The position numbers and the translations under genes are program-made. The notes below the pieces were generated by a model, which worked only from the letters and a program-made list of their open reading frames with translations, was not told the origin of the DNA and made no database searches. From Adineta vaga (lineage: Eukaryota; Animalia; Rotifera): a DNA stretch of 64,000 nucleotides. The stretch is taken from positions 8,246,001-8,310,000 of the forward strand of contig CP075493.1 in NCBI GenBank assembly GCA_021613535.1. Reading direction: 5' to 3'. Shown here in pieces: positions 37,488 to 52,879 of the stretch (positions are counted from its first letter, which is position 1; every line of letters starts with the position of its first letter).

Positions 37488-39190
37488 CTATAATTTCCAT
37501 TGTAGATAAATTCTATCACTTGTTCGTTTTATTGCATATTCATCCATAAGAAGTTTTTCTTGATGAATGATTTCTTGCAATTGTTTAATCATATTATCAT
37601 TTGTTACTGGTACCCATAAACAAAGAGATGAAAATTTATTGAGATTTCTTGATAAAATATGACGTAGAATTGAAGGAATATTGAAAATATACTTGCAGCG
37701 TACTTGTAGAGATTTCATCGATGAACATAAATTGATAAAAAACTGAATTTTTTCAAGATCATTTTCTTCCATAAAACTTTGTATTTCTAAGAAAGTTATG
37801 TAATTCTTTTCTAACCATAATTGAACAAATTTTACATCTTGCTTTAAAGAATCTTTTAATTTGAAATACGATAGTGAAGTAATTCTCAACGATTGAAGCT
37901 TTGATAATTTATGTATAAGTTGAATCAATTTTGGATACGATAGTTTTTGACAATCAACATTCAAATGTATAATTTGAAAAGTACAAATATATGTGAATAA
38001 TTTATCAACTAAAGTTTCTCGAGAGGCAGCAAAATAAAGATGATCTATCGTTAAGTTTACACCTGCATTGTCGCAACACATTTGACCAGCACGATTTCCG
38101 AAACTAAGAAAATCAACGAAGTAATGAATGAGAGAAAGTTAGATGTTTTTTAGTTGACATACTTTTCAGGATAAATACAATAGGACATTTTAATAGGTGG
38201 CCAATAATCTATATCAACTATGATTCGAAAAAACCAACCATGTTTCATCCAGAATGAATTCGTAAATTGATTGAGTTGTTCATGATACGAAGCTAATTCA
38301 ATATTTTGATAAAAATATTCATCATATGTAAATTTAAATACACGTAACGATTGCATATACTTTGAAATCAACTGTTCCCATCGATTTGCATCCCAATAAC
38401 AAGCATCATACGATGTATTCATCGAAAAATATCGAAGTTGTTGACAGAAATATCGAATGAATATTTCAAATTGATGAAACTGTACGTTACACATCTTAAT
38501 CGTGATACTAATTAAATTCATCATTTTTAATGGGATCATTTCTGCAATAACTTGATCAGGTTCACATATATCCATACAAGTTAAATGAGTCAATGAAGGT
38601 GTATATGAAAGTAAAATAATAAGTTCATCGAGTTTACAAGCATGATTGATAATTATATATTTGATCTGACTGTATTTTTCCGATTTATTGATTGGTAATG
38701 ACATTGTCAATGAATAACCTTTCGCTGAAAATTCCAATTGTTTTAAAGAAGATAACTGAAATACTGAATGATAGATTTCAGTAAGATTTACAATATCGTT
38801 ACAAAATTGAACAGTAAGTGAAGACAGATGAAGTAGAGATGTTAAAAATGGAAGAATAGATAGAAATTTATGATGAGGAATTTGATTATAAACAAGTGAT
38901 TGAAGACGATTGAAGGATGAGTCAATTGTAAATGAATATGATGACGAAGCGAAATACAGTGAGACAATGCGATGTTTATTTGGTTTGATAAATTGCCTGT
39001 AAAATTGTTCAATTTTCGATTCAGATTCTGCGATAATATTCATCTTCAAACGAAGAAATGAATAGTTAAGAAGAGTTTCAAAACGATTCTTTAAGTTAGA
39101 AAATGCTTGAATTAATTGATCATAGTCGATATATTCAAATATTTCATAAAATATTTCATTAGATAAATCTTCAATGCATGTACATAACAT
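37488..39190 (-). CDS. F-box domain protein with degenerate LRR/RNI-like body
   Basis: N-terminal IEDLSNEIFYEIFEYI...AFSNLKNRF, Leu-rich repeats, WEQLISKYMQSLRVFKF; one intron at about 38105-38163. Confidence 0.8.
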
Positions 39191-40239
39191 ATTGTTTTCT
39201 AAAACAAATCAATTACATTAAGAAAAGAATGAGTTTATACGAATAGATTAACTCACCTGGATGCATACACATTTTATCTTCAAATAATCGATTATCATCC
39301 ATTTTTTCAACAATCTAAAAGTAAATTAAAAGAAATAATACTGAATCGGTCTACGAGACTACTATCAACATAAGTACTTTTCTAGTTCGGTCAGTTATGT
39401 CATTACTAATACAATAAATACTACGTTCTTTTTCTCTCTTCCTTCACAATTTTCCTCTTATGGTTTGTTTCTTATTCTACTGACCGTTATTTGCACTCTT
39501 ATCTTCCTCTTCTCAAATTCACGTTCTATATACAATGGGATAGTAATAACATAATATCGACTACATTTCTGTACATGTAATAAACGTATTTAGATGAACA
39601 ATTGTTCATACATATGTCGATTATATTTGAGACAATACAATACTTTATTTGTTTTTTTTATGGACGTTTGTCTAGTTACACAATTGCGAAGCGAGAAATA
39701 GAATGGTAAATATATAGAAGTAATGAACAAAATATGACAAAAAATAAATGTGAATCATTTGAATATATTGCTTAGTCATTTTTCTGTAGGGCCATCAAAA
39801 GTTTGTTAAGGCAAAAATTTGACTGGAGCGACAATACGGAACTCGAATATTCATTCTTTCATGATTTTTCTCATTTACAAATGAAGAAATGATGAATCTC
39901 CTTGATAAGTGATTGATTCGTGGACTACAATTCTCTCGCAGCAGAGGGAAACAAAAAAGAGATTGTATTGATTTTGAATGTGATTACCATGTAATCACAA
40001 GCTGAAATTTGATAACACTTGGAACTTCTGAACACAGTATTTCATACTTGCAACATGATTAGAATATTCACAAATTCTAAAAGTAACATTTGGATTACTT
40101 TATTGAAAGAAGAAAAAAACATTAAATAATTAGAAGTATATAATTTATCACTTGAAATGAGACGAAAAGTTCAGTATAAGACTATTGTTTATCTTCAGTC
40201 AGTACCTAAATTAGATGTCAAAGTAACAAAAATTGATCT

Positions 40240-40958
40240 TTAAATATAATCTTTACCGAAATATTTCTGTCCAAAATTATTGGGTGTAACATCATTGATT
40301 TCTGAAACGACAATCGCGATTTTAGGATATTGTTCACAGATTTTTTTCATTCCATCAGGTGTAGAAAATAAACTGATAAGAATAATACTCGATGGATCAC
40401 ATAGATAGGTAGTTAATAATAATTGAAGACCAGCAAGAACTGTTGAACCAGTTGTTATTACAGGAAATGTCAGAAGAATACGTCGTCGATGTGCATCAGG
40501 TGGCAGTTTAGCATATGTCACAATACCTTCATTGATCAAGATTTTTCCAATACGAATAGATCTGCAACTTGTTCAAGTTTAGTAAATGAAAAACGAAAAT
40601 ATTCTCTTTCTTACCGGCAACATTCGCGAATGCCTTTTTCCATAGCTTCTCCACTTCTCATTAATGATACACATAGAACTCCTTGCTCATGACGTAAACC
40701 TTCAAAGCAATGACCCGTTGGTGTTGTTATCTCACATGGAACGTATGGCAAATAATCTAATGCTACTTCGACTGTTAAACGTATTAAACGATCGGCATAA
40801 AATTTAAAATCACTTCGACAAGTCGTTCGATCAATTAAAAATGTTTGCAGTTCTCGTATTTGATTATTGGATTTCACAATATGAACATTGGATGAATATT
40901 GTTCATTAGGTACTTCTTCAAGAATAACATTTTCTTCATTTTTCTCTATCACAGACAT
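40240..40958 (-). CDS. UPRT: Uracil phosphoribosyltransferase homolog
   Basis: DFKFYADRLIRL, VSLMRSGEAMEKGIRECCR|SIRIGKILI, NFGQKYFG; intron at about 40563-40614. Confidence 0.9.
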
Positions 40959-41340
40959 CTGAAATGAGATAAAAACAAAAGAAAAATATTTCCTTTAATC
41001 ATCGATCGCATTCAAACTTTTATCAAGTCTATTTCTGTTGGAAATGCTTCTCTTTTTATTAATTTATCAGACATTATTCTCATTCTAGCACGTATATACT
41101 TACTGATAATAAAATTGATAGTTATCTCGTAAATGAATACATTGATATTTCAATCATGCTTGAAACTCAATAATAGAATCATACATTGCTTTTAAACATT
41201 GAAAATTATAATTGTTAATTGTACCCGTTGCATAACATTCATTCAGTTATTTGAAAAAAAGGAAGACAAATTGGATTCAAAAGTACATAGAACATAATTT
41301 TTCTATTTGCTTGCATTAGAGATAAAACATGCTTTTAATA

Positions 41341-41730
41341 CTATGTCATTTTTTTACACATAAACAACAAATCTCTATTAAAATGTTCAATGAGCAATCC
41401 TTCTGAAGTTTGTCGAACAGTAATAACACGTTCAATTGTTCCAAATTTAATGGTTGCAAGAGTCTATAAACAGTACAAGAATATGCATTAATAATGTGAA
41501 TTGTAAAATAAACCTTTTCATATTGCACTACTAGAATCATCTTCTGGATTTTTATAGCTTTCAAACATGTATTTTATTTATTCATCTGGATTGAAATATT
41601 CATTAGTTGATTATTTGACTAAACTTCCTATGGAAGCATATTGTTCAATGTTATATGAAAATTTGTCGAAATAAAAGTTCCATGTACGTTTCTTCTGAAT
41701 GACATATTCCAAAATATAACCATCTTTCAT
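41341..41730 (-). pseudogene. Possible decayed gene relic, family unknown
   Basis: Exon-like segments bounded by AG/GT sites read MKDGYILEYVIQKKRTWNFYFDKF...*...*...* then TLATIKFGTIERVITVRQTSEGLLIEHF, with three in-frame stops. Confidence 0.3.
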
Positions 41731-42325
41731 CTTAAAATGTTGATAATGATATTGGAAATACGAAAGAAAAGTGTATTATACTCATTCATAGATCATTGCG
41801 CATTTCATTTATATTTAGTTCAATAATATTCATTGCTAAATCATGATTTAATTGATTTTACATCTGAACTTGATCTAAAATGAAAAAGACGAGTTTCATT
41901 TTATGATTACTCCACATTTTAGCAATTCAAAAGCTTTATTTCTATCTACTCACATACTATTATATTGAAATCAAATTGTCATTAACTAACTCAAACTCAC
42001 TCATTCATTCATATGAAAAAAGAAAAGAAGTTGACTATGAGTCATAGGAGTATTTACTATTAGCGATATCTATAATCACATTTTTGCTACTTTTTTCAAC
42101 TGTATTTTCTAAAGAGATAACTATGAAAATATCTTTTAAAATCATTTTCTTCGAATTCAATTGATGGAAGTTCAAAATAAACTATTGGTTCATAACATCG
42201 AACAACAAGAAAGCAGAGAGTTATAGTTATATGTTGTATTGTATTATGTTCTTTTACTTATTGAATTGAATTGAATTGAATCGTTCGTTTGTTGCTTACA
42301 ATTTGAAATTTTAGATCTCATAAGA

Positions 42326-43676
42326 ATGTCGAACGTCTCAGGAGATTCATCGTTAATAAATCCAGATAAACCTTCGAAATTAGATGAACCGTCAATGTCT
42401 TCACCTTCATTTCCCAATACACGATGGATGAATATCACAACAGATTTTTCACGTAATCCAGGTGTATTTGATGATGTATTTAAAAAGATAAAAGGTAAAA
42501 AAAGTTCCTCTGATAAACAAGCATATCTAAAAAATCATCTCTAGATTTGATGCCACCAGCATTCGAAGGTGCAAAATTATCTGTCACTAAAATGCTCAGT
42601 AGTCATTTTCAAGTTAGTCATTCAATGACATTAAGTAGTGGATCAAATAGTGGTTATAAATTCGGTGCTAATTATGTTGGTACACAACTCTATTCACAAG
42701 CTGAAGTAAAGAAAAGATTTATTATTTATTCGTCTAATTATTAAAATCAATATTTTATTGAATAGGTTTTTCCAGTTATCTTAGGTGATATAGATCCGAA
42801 TGGAAATGCTAATGCTCAAATTATACATCAATGGAATGATAAACTACGAACACGTATATTAGCACAAGTATGAATAATAATTACGATTATCTTTTTATTT
42901 GATTGTTTATCGTAGGTACAATCCTATAAAATGGCTGGTTATCAACTTGCTATGGATTATAGAACACAATTTACAACAACAACATTAACATTAGCAAATC
43001 TTGACTTGATCACTAATTCTGGTAATAAAAAGAATTGAACGATAAATGTATGGAAAATCAATTCTAGGAATTGCTGTATTACAACATTTGACACGTGTAA
43101 CAAAAAACTTAGATATCGGTGCTGAAATTCTATATCAAAGTAATCCAATGATGCCTGGAGGTCATATTGGTATAACTAGTTTTGTTGGAAGATATCGCGG
43201 TAAAATTATTCAAAGAAAACAAAGATATACTTTTAAATTCAATTGTAGGTCTTGATTGGTTTACTGGTTTAAAACTAAGTCCAGCTGGTGTTCTTAATCT
43301 CGGATATTTTCATCAGAAATTAAACAGTCCTTTACAATTAGGTGTAGAATTTGAAGCATCACTTGCATCAAAAGAAACTTCAGCAACATTTTCCTATCAA
43401 TATGATATAACAAAAGCAAATACAACATTTCGAGGTAAAAGAAAGAAGTAACGAGTTCATCGTCGGTGTTGTTCTTATATCAGAAGACTTTTCCTTCGTG
43501 TTCGATTATGACAAATCATATTCTGTTTTATTTCAGGTATGGTTGATACAAATGGTCTTGTAACTGCTGTTATTGAAAAACGTCTTGCGCCATTACCATT
43601 TACATTCATGTTAAGTAGTTCATTAAATCATGCTAAAGCTGCCTATCGTTTTGGTGTTGGTTTGATGATTGGTTAA
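42326..43676 (+). CDS. TOMM40: Mitochondrial import receptor TOM40
   Basis: NPGVFDDVFKK, FEGAKLSVTKMLSSHFQVSHS, GYKFGANYVG, LEKRL-like EKRLAPLPF, C-terminal beta-signal RFGVGLMIG. Confidence 0.95.
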
Positions 43677-43955
43677 TATTCGTATTTCCTACTTATCAGA
43701 CCAATCGAGCATTAATTTTAGTATCATTTTTTCTTTGTTCTTGCGTATTGAAAACGAAAACAGTTCGTTTTTTTTTCAATTCTATCGGATAGATTTTGTT
43801 TTCTATTAGTCAACCTGTGATTGTTGTTCAGTTGTTTTTTTCTTTGAATGAAACAACGAATATTTAGGCGATTTGTTTCTTTTGGTTCACTCTTTATTAG
43901 AAAAATTGAGTACAAAAAAAAGATGTCTCTGATTTTGTTTAAGATATTTTTTATC

Positions 43956-46675
43956 ATGGCTGATGCTGGATTCTTCAAAGTACGTTTTTCAATAATTCTT
44001 AATTCTAAATATTAATGTATGGATATATTCTAGGGTACATCAGCTGATCAAGATAGTCGATTTGCAAATAAGCAAAAAAAATTACTTAAACAAATGAAAT
44101 TTCCAGATAATATCGATGTTAAAGTAAGAGAAGAAAATGTTTTGATATTTGTTTTCAGAGTGAATAGATTGTGCTTCTTTTTTTTCCTTCAGGTCGATAT
44201 GTTGAAAGTAAATCTTGATGTGATTAAACCATGGATTACAATGCGTTTACAGGAATTATTAGGAATTGAAGATGATGTTGTTATCGAATTTGTTTTTAAT
44301 CAATTAGAAGATAAAGTTTGTTGAACATATGATTCTATATTTCAAAGCGATTGATTTTCATTTAGAATCCGGATCCTAAGATGATGCAAATTAATTTAAC
44401 TGGTTTTCTTGGTGGAAGTAAAGCTCGATTATTTATTGGAGAGCTCTGGAAAATTTTATCTGATGCTCAAGCATCACCCGATGGTATACCAGCAGAATTG
44501 GTCGAAATGAAAAAAAAAGAACTATTGAAACGACAGGTAGATTTCAAAGATCATGTTGAAATGAATTCTTTTTGTTTTCTAGGAAGAAGATGATCGATTA
44601 CGTGAAATTCGTAAACGTGAAGAAGATAGTCATCGACAGGATATTAAACCTGCTCTTCATAAATTAGATAATAAAACAAATTTTCGTCAATCCTTGACAT
44701 CAGCGAATAATAAATCACGCAATGAAAATGGTAATAATGCTGGATATAAGTCACGACAACACTATGGTGATAATAGACGACGTTCACCACCTAAATTACA
44801 TCGAACACGGGATTCACATAGTCCAGAAATGAAATCCAGGTTAGTAAAGTTAGTTTATTTTCAATCAGAGATTCGAAAATTTACATCGTATTTAGACGTT
44901 CTGACAAAAACACTACCCAATCTGTTGTAAAAAATAGCGAAACTAAAGACGATCATCATCGTCGACATGAAAATCGTAAATTGGCATCAACTCGTCATCG
45001 TTTCTCATCCAAATCTCCATCGCACAGTCGCAGTCCTATTAAATCCTCACAAAAACCTGTTAAGCGTGAGAAAAGATCGTCTTCGTCTTCTTCCGCAATT
45101 AGCAATGCTTCACATCAGGAATCTAAAAAATCTCAAAAAACGAAATCAAAACCTGGAAGTCGTTCGTCTTCGTCGAATTCAAGTGTCAATCCATCACATG
45201 AAAAAACGAAAAAGCCAAGCAGTAATATGGCTGATGATCATAATCAATCATCGAAATTAAAAAAGAAACACAAGTCACTTACACCTTCTCCTCCACGTTC
45301 GAATAAAAAGGATTCCGTATTGAAATCTATGGCGAATATTGACAAAGTCAAACCCAAAGTATCACCAGCAAAAGAAACAAAAAAGACGAAAAAAAACTCG
45401 AAACGAGATCGATCAACATCGAGTAATTCTTCATCTACTTCACGTTCGAAATCAAATTCATCCTATTCTACATCATCATCGTCTGATTCCGAGATCGACA
45501 AGAGAAGAAAACAAAAGAAGAGTAAATTTCATATTTTAGAAAACATAACATGACAATAACAAACATTTGTTTTTGTTATTATAGAAGCACAATCAAAGAG
45601 AAAAAATTCATCCAGTCGATCACGATCACGATCATCAAGTCACCATCGAAGATCTACTAGAAAGAAAGATGACCATAGATCAAGAAAGCATAGTATTCAT
45701 GATAGGTAAGCTTGTCTAATAATTCAGTTTTTTATATGTTTTTTGTACTTATCAAGTAAATCTTCATCAAAAAAACGAACAAAACATCATCAAAGTAATG
45801 ATACTAATCGAAAATCACATCGTGGTAAGTCGATTTAAATCTATCTAAGGAAAATGTAAATGAAAATGTAGTGATAGTAGAGAACTGTCTCATCAATATT
45901 GAACTTCGAGAGCTACTGTGACTGTGTATTTTGTTTCTAGTCTTGAGAATTATTCCAAATGGAAACACATGAATTTAGATCGTCCAGATAGATCATCGAA
46001 TAGAAAGATACATCGAGATGAATCACCATCATCATCATCATCAAAAAATAAAAAGAACAATGATACGGACAATGAAAAGAAAATTCATCATTCCCATCGA
46101 CCAACATCAGATAACAAGAGTTCGAAATTGTCGACACCACCTAAGAAAGTGCGACTCGAATCTCAAATTAGAGTACAAACACCGCCGCCACCAACGTCGA
46201 AATTACCTGTCGAAAAAGTTAGTCATACATTTATCTATTAACTATTGTATCTATTTATATTTCTGCATAGATATCACAAAAGGAATTAGCACAACCATCT
46301 TCGACACCAATCAAATCGAATCGTACCGAACGAATTGTAAATAGTCGATATATCATTCTAATTCAATTCATCTTTGTTTATTATTTTTTTTATTAGGTTT
46401 TATTAGAAGATTCAAGAACTGATGATACTAGTTCCATTTCAACACGTGTATCAATCATGACCAAAACTGTTTCTGACGAAAAACATTCAAATAATGGTGA
46501 TAATAACAATAATAGTAGTAGTGAAGATGAAAATGAAATTGATTTACGTGAGCGTCTTTTACGTGAAAAAGCTATTAAATCCATGCGACAACGACAATTA
46601 ACTAATCCTAATAATAACAATAATATCAATACAAAAACAACCACAAGCGATCGAATTGTTTATGATTTACATTAA
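43956..46675 (+). CDS. SRRM1: Ser/Arg repetitive matrix protein 1 (PWI domain)
   Basis: MADAGFFKGTSADQDSRFANKQKKLLKQMKF, PWITMRL...EDDVVIEF, MQINLTGFL, S/R/K-rich body, C-terminal LRERLLREKAIKSMR. Confidence 0.93.
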
Positions 46676-47638
46676 TGAAATATTGAAAAAATGTTGACTA
46701 TTCAGTTTCTTCCTTCAAGTATCTGTATGCGTGCATGTAGCCATCCATTGTTTTCTTTTTTTGTTCATGTTCACATTCAACAAAACTTGTATAATATAAA
46801 ATAACACAGGTTATATTAAGATAATAGCATATATTAAGATTTATCTGTATGAATGAAGATTATACTAACCACAATGACCGAATCCTATTCATTGAGAAAA
46901 CTCAGATGATTATTCAAGACAACTCATGAAAGAAAAAGACACATGAAATAGATTAAATCAATTGCATAATCTTTCTGAATATCTATAAAAAAAACTGCAT
47001 CCAATTAATTGTTATTCAAGCAATCGTCCTCGACGATGTTTTTGTATCATAAAACGTACTATCAGAATTATACAGTATAGAGACTATTTCAAAAACATGG
47101 TAAGAAGATCCCAAAGATCTAGCCTCTTCAGAATTAGACGTAAATGAAAATATACTTATGTTGACTCAATAATACAAAGACTGTCGTGATGATAAAGATT
47201 CTAGAGTCAAAACTTAATGAAATCAATATTCTTGTTATTGCTGTTGTTTTTGTGTCTACAATCGATTTCATATTGGTTATTTTCATTATCAAGAGAAAAG
47301 AACAATTTATAAAATAAGGTTCATTATGTTTCCGAAGAAAACTATTGTTAGGCGTACATTTTAATCAAAGGATTTTGAAATAAAAACCGAGATAGTATAA
47401 TTATATATATATATATATATACATCTCACAAAAAACACATGTTGTCATTTTAATTAGTTTATCCAATCCGCCGAATCATCTATTCAAATAGATCAATCGC
47501 TTCCGGAGTCTTCACATATACGTATTATTGTCATCATCATCTGAATATTTCAGATCAAAGTTCATTTCAAATCAGAAGACATTAGATATAGATATGAATG
47601 TTAGACGGAAAAAAAGATGAATTCTTTATTTTGTTTGT

Positions 47639-49485
47639 CTATGTTAGATATAAAACTTGTGTTGCTGAAATAGCTCCACAAATACTAAGAAAACTAGCGA
47701 CAACAGTTACAACAACAGTAGAACCAGCAAGATGAATCAATGTTCCCATAGTTGACGATAAACATAATTGTGCTAAGAAGACCATACTGCTCACTACAGC
47801 TACATCAGTACCGATACCACGCACTTGTCCATTGACATTAGAACCATTCAACTGATCAAACTATTGATGTAAAGAGATGAAATAATTGGTTTTTTTTTGA
47901 AAACTATAAACTTACTGTATTCGATGTATGATATTTTGCAATTAATAAATATGGAATCGTAAATAAAGTTGAATACAGAACACCAGCTGCTGCTGAAAGG
48001 ATAATCACACCCACACGATGTCGCATATATCCCATTAATAACATTCCAACTGCATATATCAATTGTGATCCAATATAAACACGTTTGATACCTTTGAAAA
48101 AGAGCAAAACGAAACATTCACAGCTATAATTCATCAAATATCAAACATACCAAAATAATTATTGAATGATTCAATATTATACGAATAAATTGAACATGAA
48201 ATCGAATAAATTGACATACCCCACGAACCAAATCGAACACCTTCATTATATAACAATCGTAATGGATGATTACGATCAAGTTTGGGATTTCCGCCTAAAT
48301 TAAGAAGAAAGAATGTCCGTTAGTGAGTAAATCTTACTTCGCAGTTCTTTCTTACCAAAAACAGCTTGTCCCACGAAATCAGTAAAAAATAATGAATATG
48401 AAACTAACGCCATCCAACAGAAAAAGTTCGTTAAACAAAGCCATCTCAAAGATGAAGGCATATGAATAATTGATCGAATATAATCAAGATATGAGATTCG
48501 TTCATTTTCTGTTGATACTGGCTCAAAAAGACCTTTCTGATGGTTATTTTCTTCACCATTATCATTATAAAAACTTCCACAAGATACAATACATTGTCGT
48601 GATGAAGATCGAACAAGATTTGGTGCTAAGATCATAACATTCCTTGGTTCTTTCGCTGCTGTTAATGTTAAAATTACACAAATAATATAAATAATCCAAA
48701 CTAATGTAAAAACGACATGAATATGATCACCAAGAATATTACTCAGAAAAGTATCTTCCCATGAAATACCACCAAGAAAATATCCTACACAACCACCGAA
48801 ACCCGCCATAAATGTAAATGTTGTTAAACCAGATGCATGTTGATTTGGATTAGTAACATCAAGTAAATAGGCTCGACTTGGACTTTGACATGCATCACAA
48901 TCAAGATCAAGTAAAAGAACGCCGAGTACAGTTAATGTTGTACTAAATTTACGGGATGATAATGAAGTGTAAACTTTTCGATGCTTCTCAATAATAGTAC
49001 CATTAGAAAAACTTTTTATACTCATCAATGGAGGTTTCACATCACCAAACCATTCACCCAGAGTACGGCCTAACAAAAAAATCACTATTTTTACAAAACG
49101 CAAAAATTCTACTCTTTCTCAACTCACCATTCGCAACTAACATCAATCCGACTAGAATACCAACTGAATAGAGTAAGATAAATGGTCGTCGTCGTCCAAA
49201 ACGTGTATGACATTTATCACTGAGCGAACCAAGAGCCGGTACGAGAAAGAATCCAATCAATGGTGGCAAACACCATGTCCAAGTCATGAGCATAACCGGT
49301 AAACCAAGTTGCAGTAAAATTGGTGAAACAAAAGCTGTTTCAGCAGCATAACAAAATTCAATTCCACAAACGACTGCACTTAAACGCATAAGATCTAATC
49401 TAGTTTTATAATTTCTTACACCATCATAATTAAATTGTTCGTAAGAATCTTGTCTTTGAAATTTTCGCTTAAGAAAATCGACCAT
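47639..49485 (-). CDS. SLC45-family proton/sugar symporter (MFS)
   Basis: GIEFCYAAETAFVSPIL, SDKCHTRFGRRRPFI, DACQSPSRAYLLD, LFFTDFVGQAVF, RGIGTDVAVVSSMVFLAQ. Confidence 0.92.
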
Positions 49486-50380
49486 GATTGTTTTTCAAGT
49501 AAAAGAAGAAAGAATGAAAAAACTAATTGGTATATGATTGAATCTCAGCAATAGTGTCACGCACCAGCCTATGACAAAAGCACGCTATTTATAATTGTGA
49601 TTTCATTCAATATGGTTTTACAAGAAGTACAAGTCTCGCATTTCTCTCTTTCTTTCTCTCGCATGTCATTTGAACGTATATAATGTCAAAATTCTAATTG
49701 TATTGAATAGGAGAAAAAGATAATTCAAAATATTGACATTATTAATTAACAATCTTATGTAAATTATGTTTTCGTTCTGATCAGAATTCAATTGCGTATA
49801 TATCTCGGAGGAATTAATCAAATATACTAATTTCTATTCTAATGAAGCTAGTTACTCGACGTGTTATTTCATTCTTAATAGATATATAATATTTCCGTTG
49901 TTATTAGTGAATTCCGGAAGGGAGAAAGCGAGAGATAAGTTTTCTTTTTGCGTGCCCTATGAGAAACTTGTTGATTTGAAGAGTATGCGTGAGACAAGAA
50001 AGAGAATTTATGGCAGAAAATAGTACTGTCAACTTATTGAGATAGAGAGTATTCTTATGAAATGTGTGGAATCAGGTCAATAAATTGATTAATATCCATT
50101 TTGGAACGTAGAATCACGAGCGTATACAAATGTCATTCTTTCAACTTTGTTATATCTTATTGTTTGAAGCCAAACTATAAGAATTTTGCTTGAATAGAAA
50201 ATGAGTAGATATATATTATCGGATAAGAATAATACACTTGGAGATTAGATTTTTTGTAGCTGATATAAGAGAAAAAAACAAAAATTTTCTGAATATTCCA
50301 TAAAAATAATAGACTTAAAAATGAAGAGACAAAAAAAGATCTAGATCGTTCCTTCGTTGATCAATATATACGAGCGATGA

Positions 50381-52879
50381 TTACTTCTTTGGTGGATTAT
50401 ATGTTATTTTTGAGCGAAGATCAAATACTAAATCTTGATCATTAAATAGAGATTTTTCATCATCAGGATCTTCATCCGCATCATGATCATGTGTAACGTA
50501 CAATGGTAAATCAGGTGAAACTTGCATAGATAATGAATGATTCAAACGAGGTATAGTTGCATAAACTTGATCAAGTGTTGAACGACGACGTTCAACTGAA
50601 TCTGCCTGAGTAGGTTCTTCACCCCAGGATTTGAAATGCATTGGTTCTTCAGGATCGACAGTAGATTCATGAGGCATCTACAAGGAAGAAGAGTATAATT
50701 GGAGAAGAAGATTCATAAACAGATCACATACTAATTGAGGTACAGCACGAAAAAAATAAAAGAATGGATAATAAACGAGATTCACTGCTGTGGAAGCATA
50801 AATATCAGCAAATCGTGTAACTTGTGATGCAAAATGAGTTTGACGAGAGCCTTTTATCCGAAGAAAAGATTTTGAAAAAGAATTTGATTAGTAAACATCA
50901 TTTACCTGTTCGGAAAAGTGAACCCAAAAGACCAAAATTCATATCCAACTCATGAGTACATTGCTAAATTCGATATATCATATATAAATCATTTCCTTTC
51001 GAAAACAAAAATTCGTTTTACTTGAATTTTTTGTTTAATTCTATTCACTGCGTCTGGTCCATGACTAGAAGTCATATCGAATGATCGAAGTAATTCACTA
51101 ATCGTTGTATCTAATGATTCTAATGTATTAAATAAATCTCGTTTTTCATGAAAAACTTTCAATTCATGATTTAATTCAGGTACAACAAGCATTGTTCGCC
51201 AGGCTTTTTGTTTTTTTGATTTAATTATATCACCAAAGATATGATCACCAACATATAAAACATCTTTACCCATTGAACCAATCAATTTTGAAACAACTTC
51301 ACATGAACCACCACTATAAACTTCATTTTGTTGTAATTGACCAGCATATGAACCCAATTTCATACTACCAGTTTGAGGATCAATAATTCTTAATGTTGTA
51401 CCTTCAGCAAAAAACAATGGTTTTTGAGCATCAACAATAATAAAATCAAAATAAGATTTCCAATCACGTTGTACATTATTTTGAATACCATTTAATAGAT
51501 ATGTCATTAATTTTTCTGTATACCAATATTCACTATTTGTTAATAGGAATGTTTTTGCATTATGGGAACGAATACTACAAGAAATCGATTGATTAATTCC
51601 TTTAAAAAAAACCTATGAGAGACATTTACCGATCTAACAGAACCGGTAATTGTTCATCTTTATGAATGTATTTTTCAATATTTTGACAAACCATTTCTTT
51701 AAGTTTACCCTTAAATGAAACTCATAAGATAACAAATATGTTATTAGTTGATTAAGATTTACTTTTCCATGAATACGTTCAACTGAATTTCGAACATCAT
51801 TGAATATCGCACGAAAGGTAAGAATATTTCCTCCAAATTGAACAGCCGTTCGAGCTCTATGAAAGAAAAATCGATCAAATTACAATAGTACAAAAATTTA
51901 ACGAAATAACTTGTCGATATTTCATTTTCAATATCATCAAATGTTGAAATAAGAATATACATACTCAACATAAGTAGCTACTGTTGAAAAATAATCAATT
52001 AAACAAGCCATTAGATAAATTTCTAAATTTAAACAATCATCGTTTTTCTTTCGTATCATGTTTTCTTTCTTGATCTTACCTGGTAGATTAAAAAGTGTAT
52101 AATGAACATAGATACGATCATCACCGACTATATACTTATTCGGATAAATTTCACGAACTTCATGTCTAGAGAGAGAGAGAGAAGCAAAAAGAACAAGACT
52201 GAACTGAATTAATTTAATGAAAAGATATTTACCCATTAAGAAATCGAAAACCATGAACAACTGTAAGAATATTTCCATAGGCATCAACCTTCAAAAAATT
52301 TCCATACAATTTATCATACCAAAGACCACTGATTCGAAAAGAAATCAAACGAATGAATTTAAAATTTGAAGAAAAAAAACCAATGTAATACTAACCGTAA
52401 TGGAAATGTTCGATCATAGATAAATTGCCTAATTTCTTCGGGATATCCAAGTCCAATAACTTCATCGGTAACTAATTGAAATGTTAATTCTTCAAATTCA
52501 GGTGATTTATATAAAGCTAATGTATAATCCATATCAAAACCGTAGAATTTAATACGATCTAATTGTAAACTTCGATTTACGAAGATACTAAAACATTGAA
52601 ATGAAATATTTCGTTTCTATTTTATCATTTCAATAATTACCGATGACCAGGTTCACGTTTAGTTCTCATACTTCGTTTCTAAAGAAAACAATTCTAATAG
52701 AAATCATTAATATAAAACACATATTTACTCGTAATTCAGCATCAGATGAAAGTGATTCTCGTGTAGCATCACTTCGTTTCATTTCGGAATCTGTTTGGTC
52801 GTCAGTCTAAAAAGAAAAACAAAAATTCCTCATCATCTTTTATCTTTGAAATATAAATCAAACAAGGATTATTTACCAT
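50381..52879 (-). CDS. NT5C2: Cytosolic purine 5'-nucleotidase (HAD)
   Basis: IFVNRSL...[43 protein letters not shown]. An ATG-only first coding exon at 52877-52879 is inferred. Confidence 0.93.
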
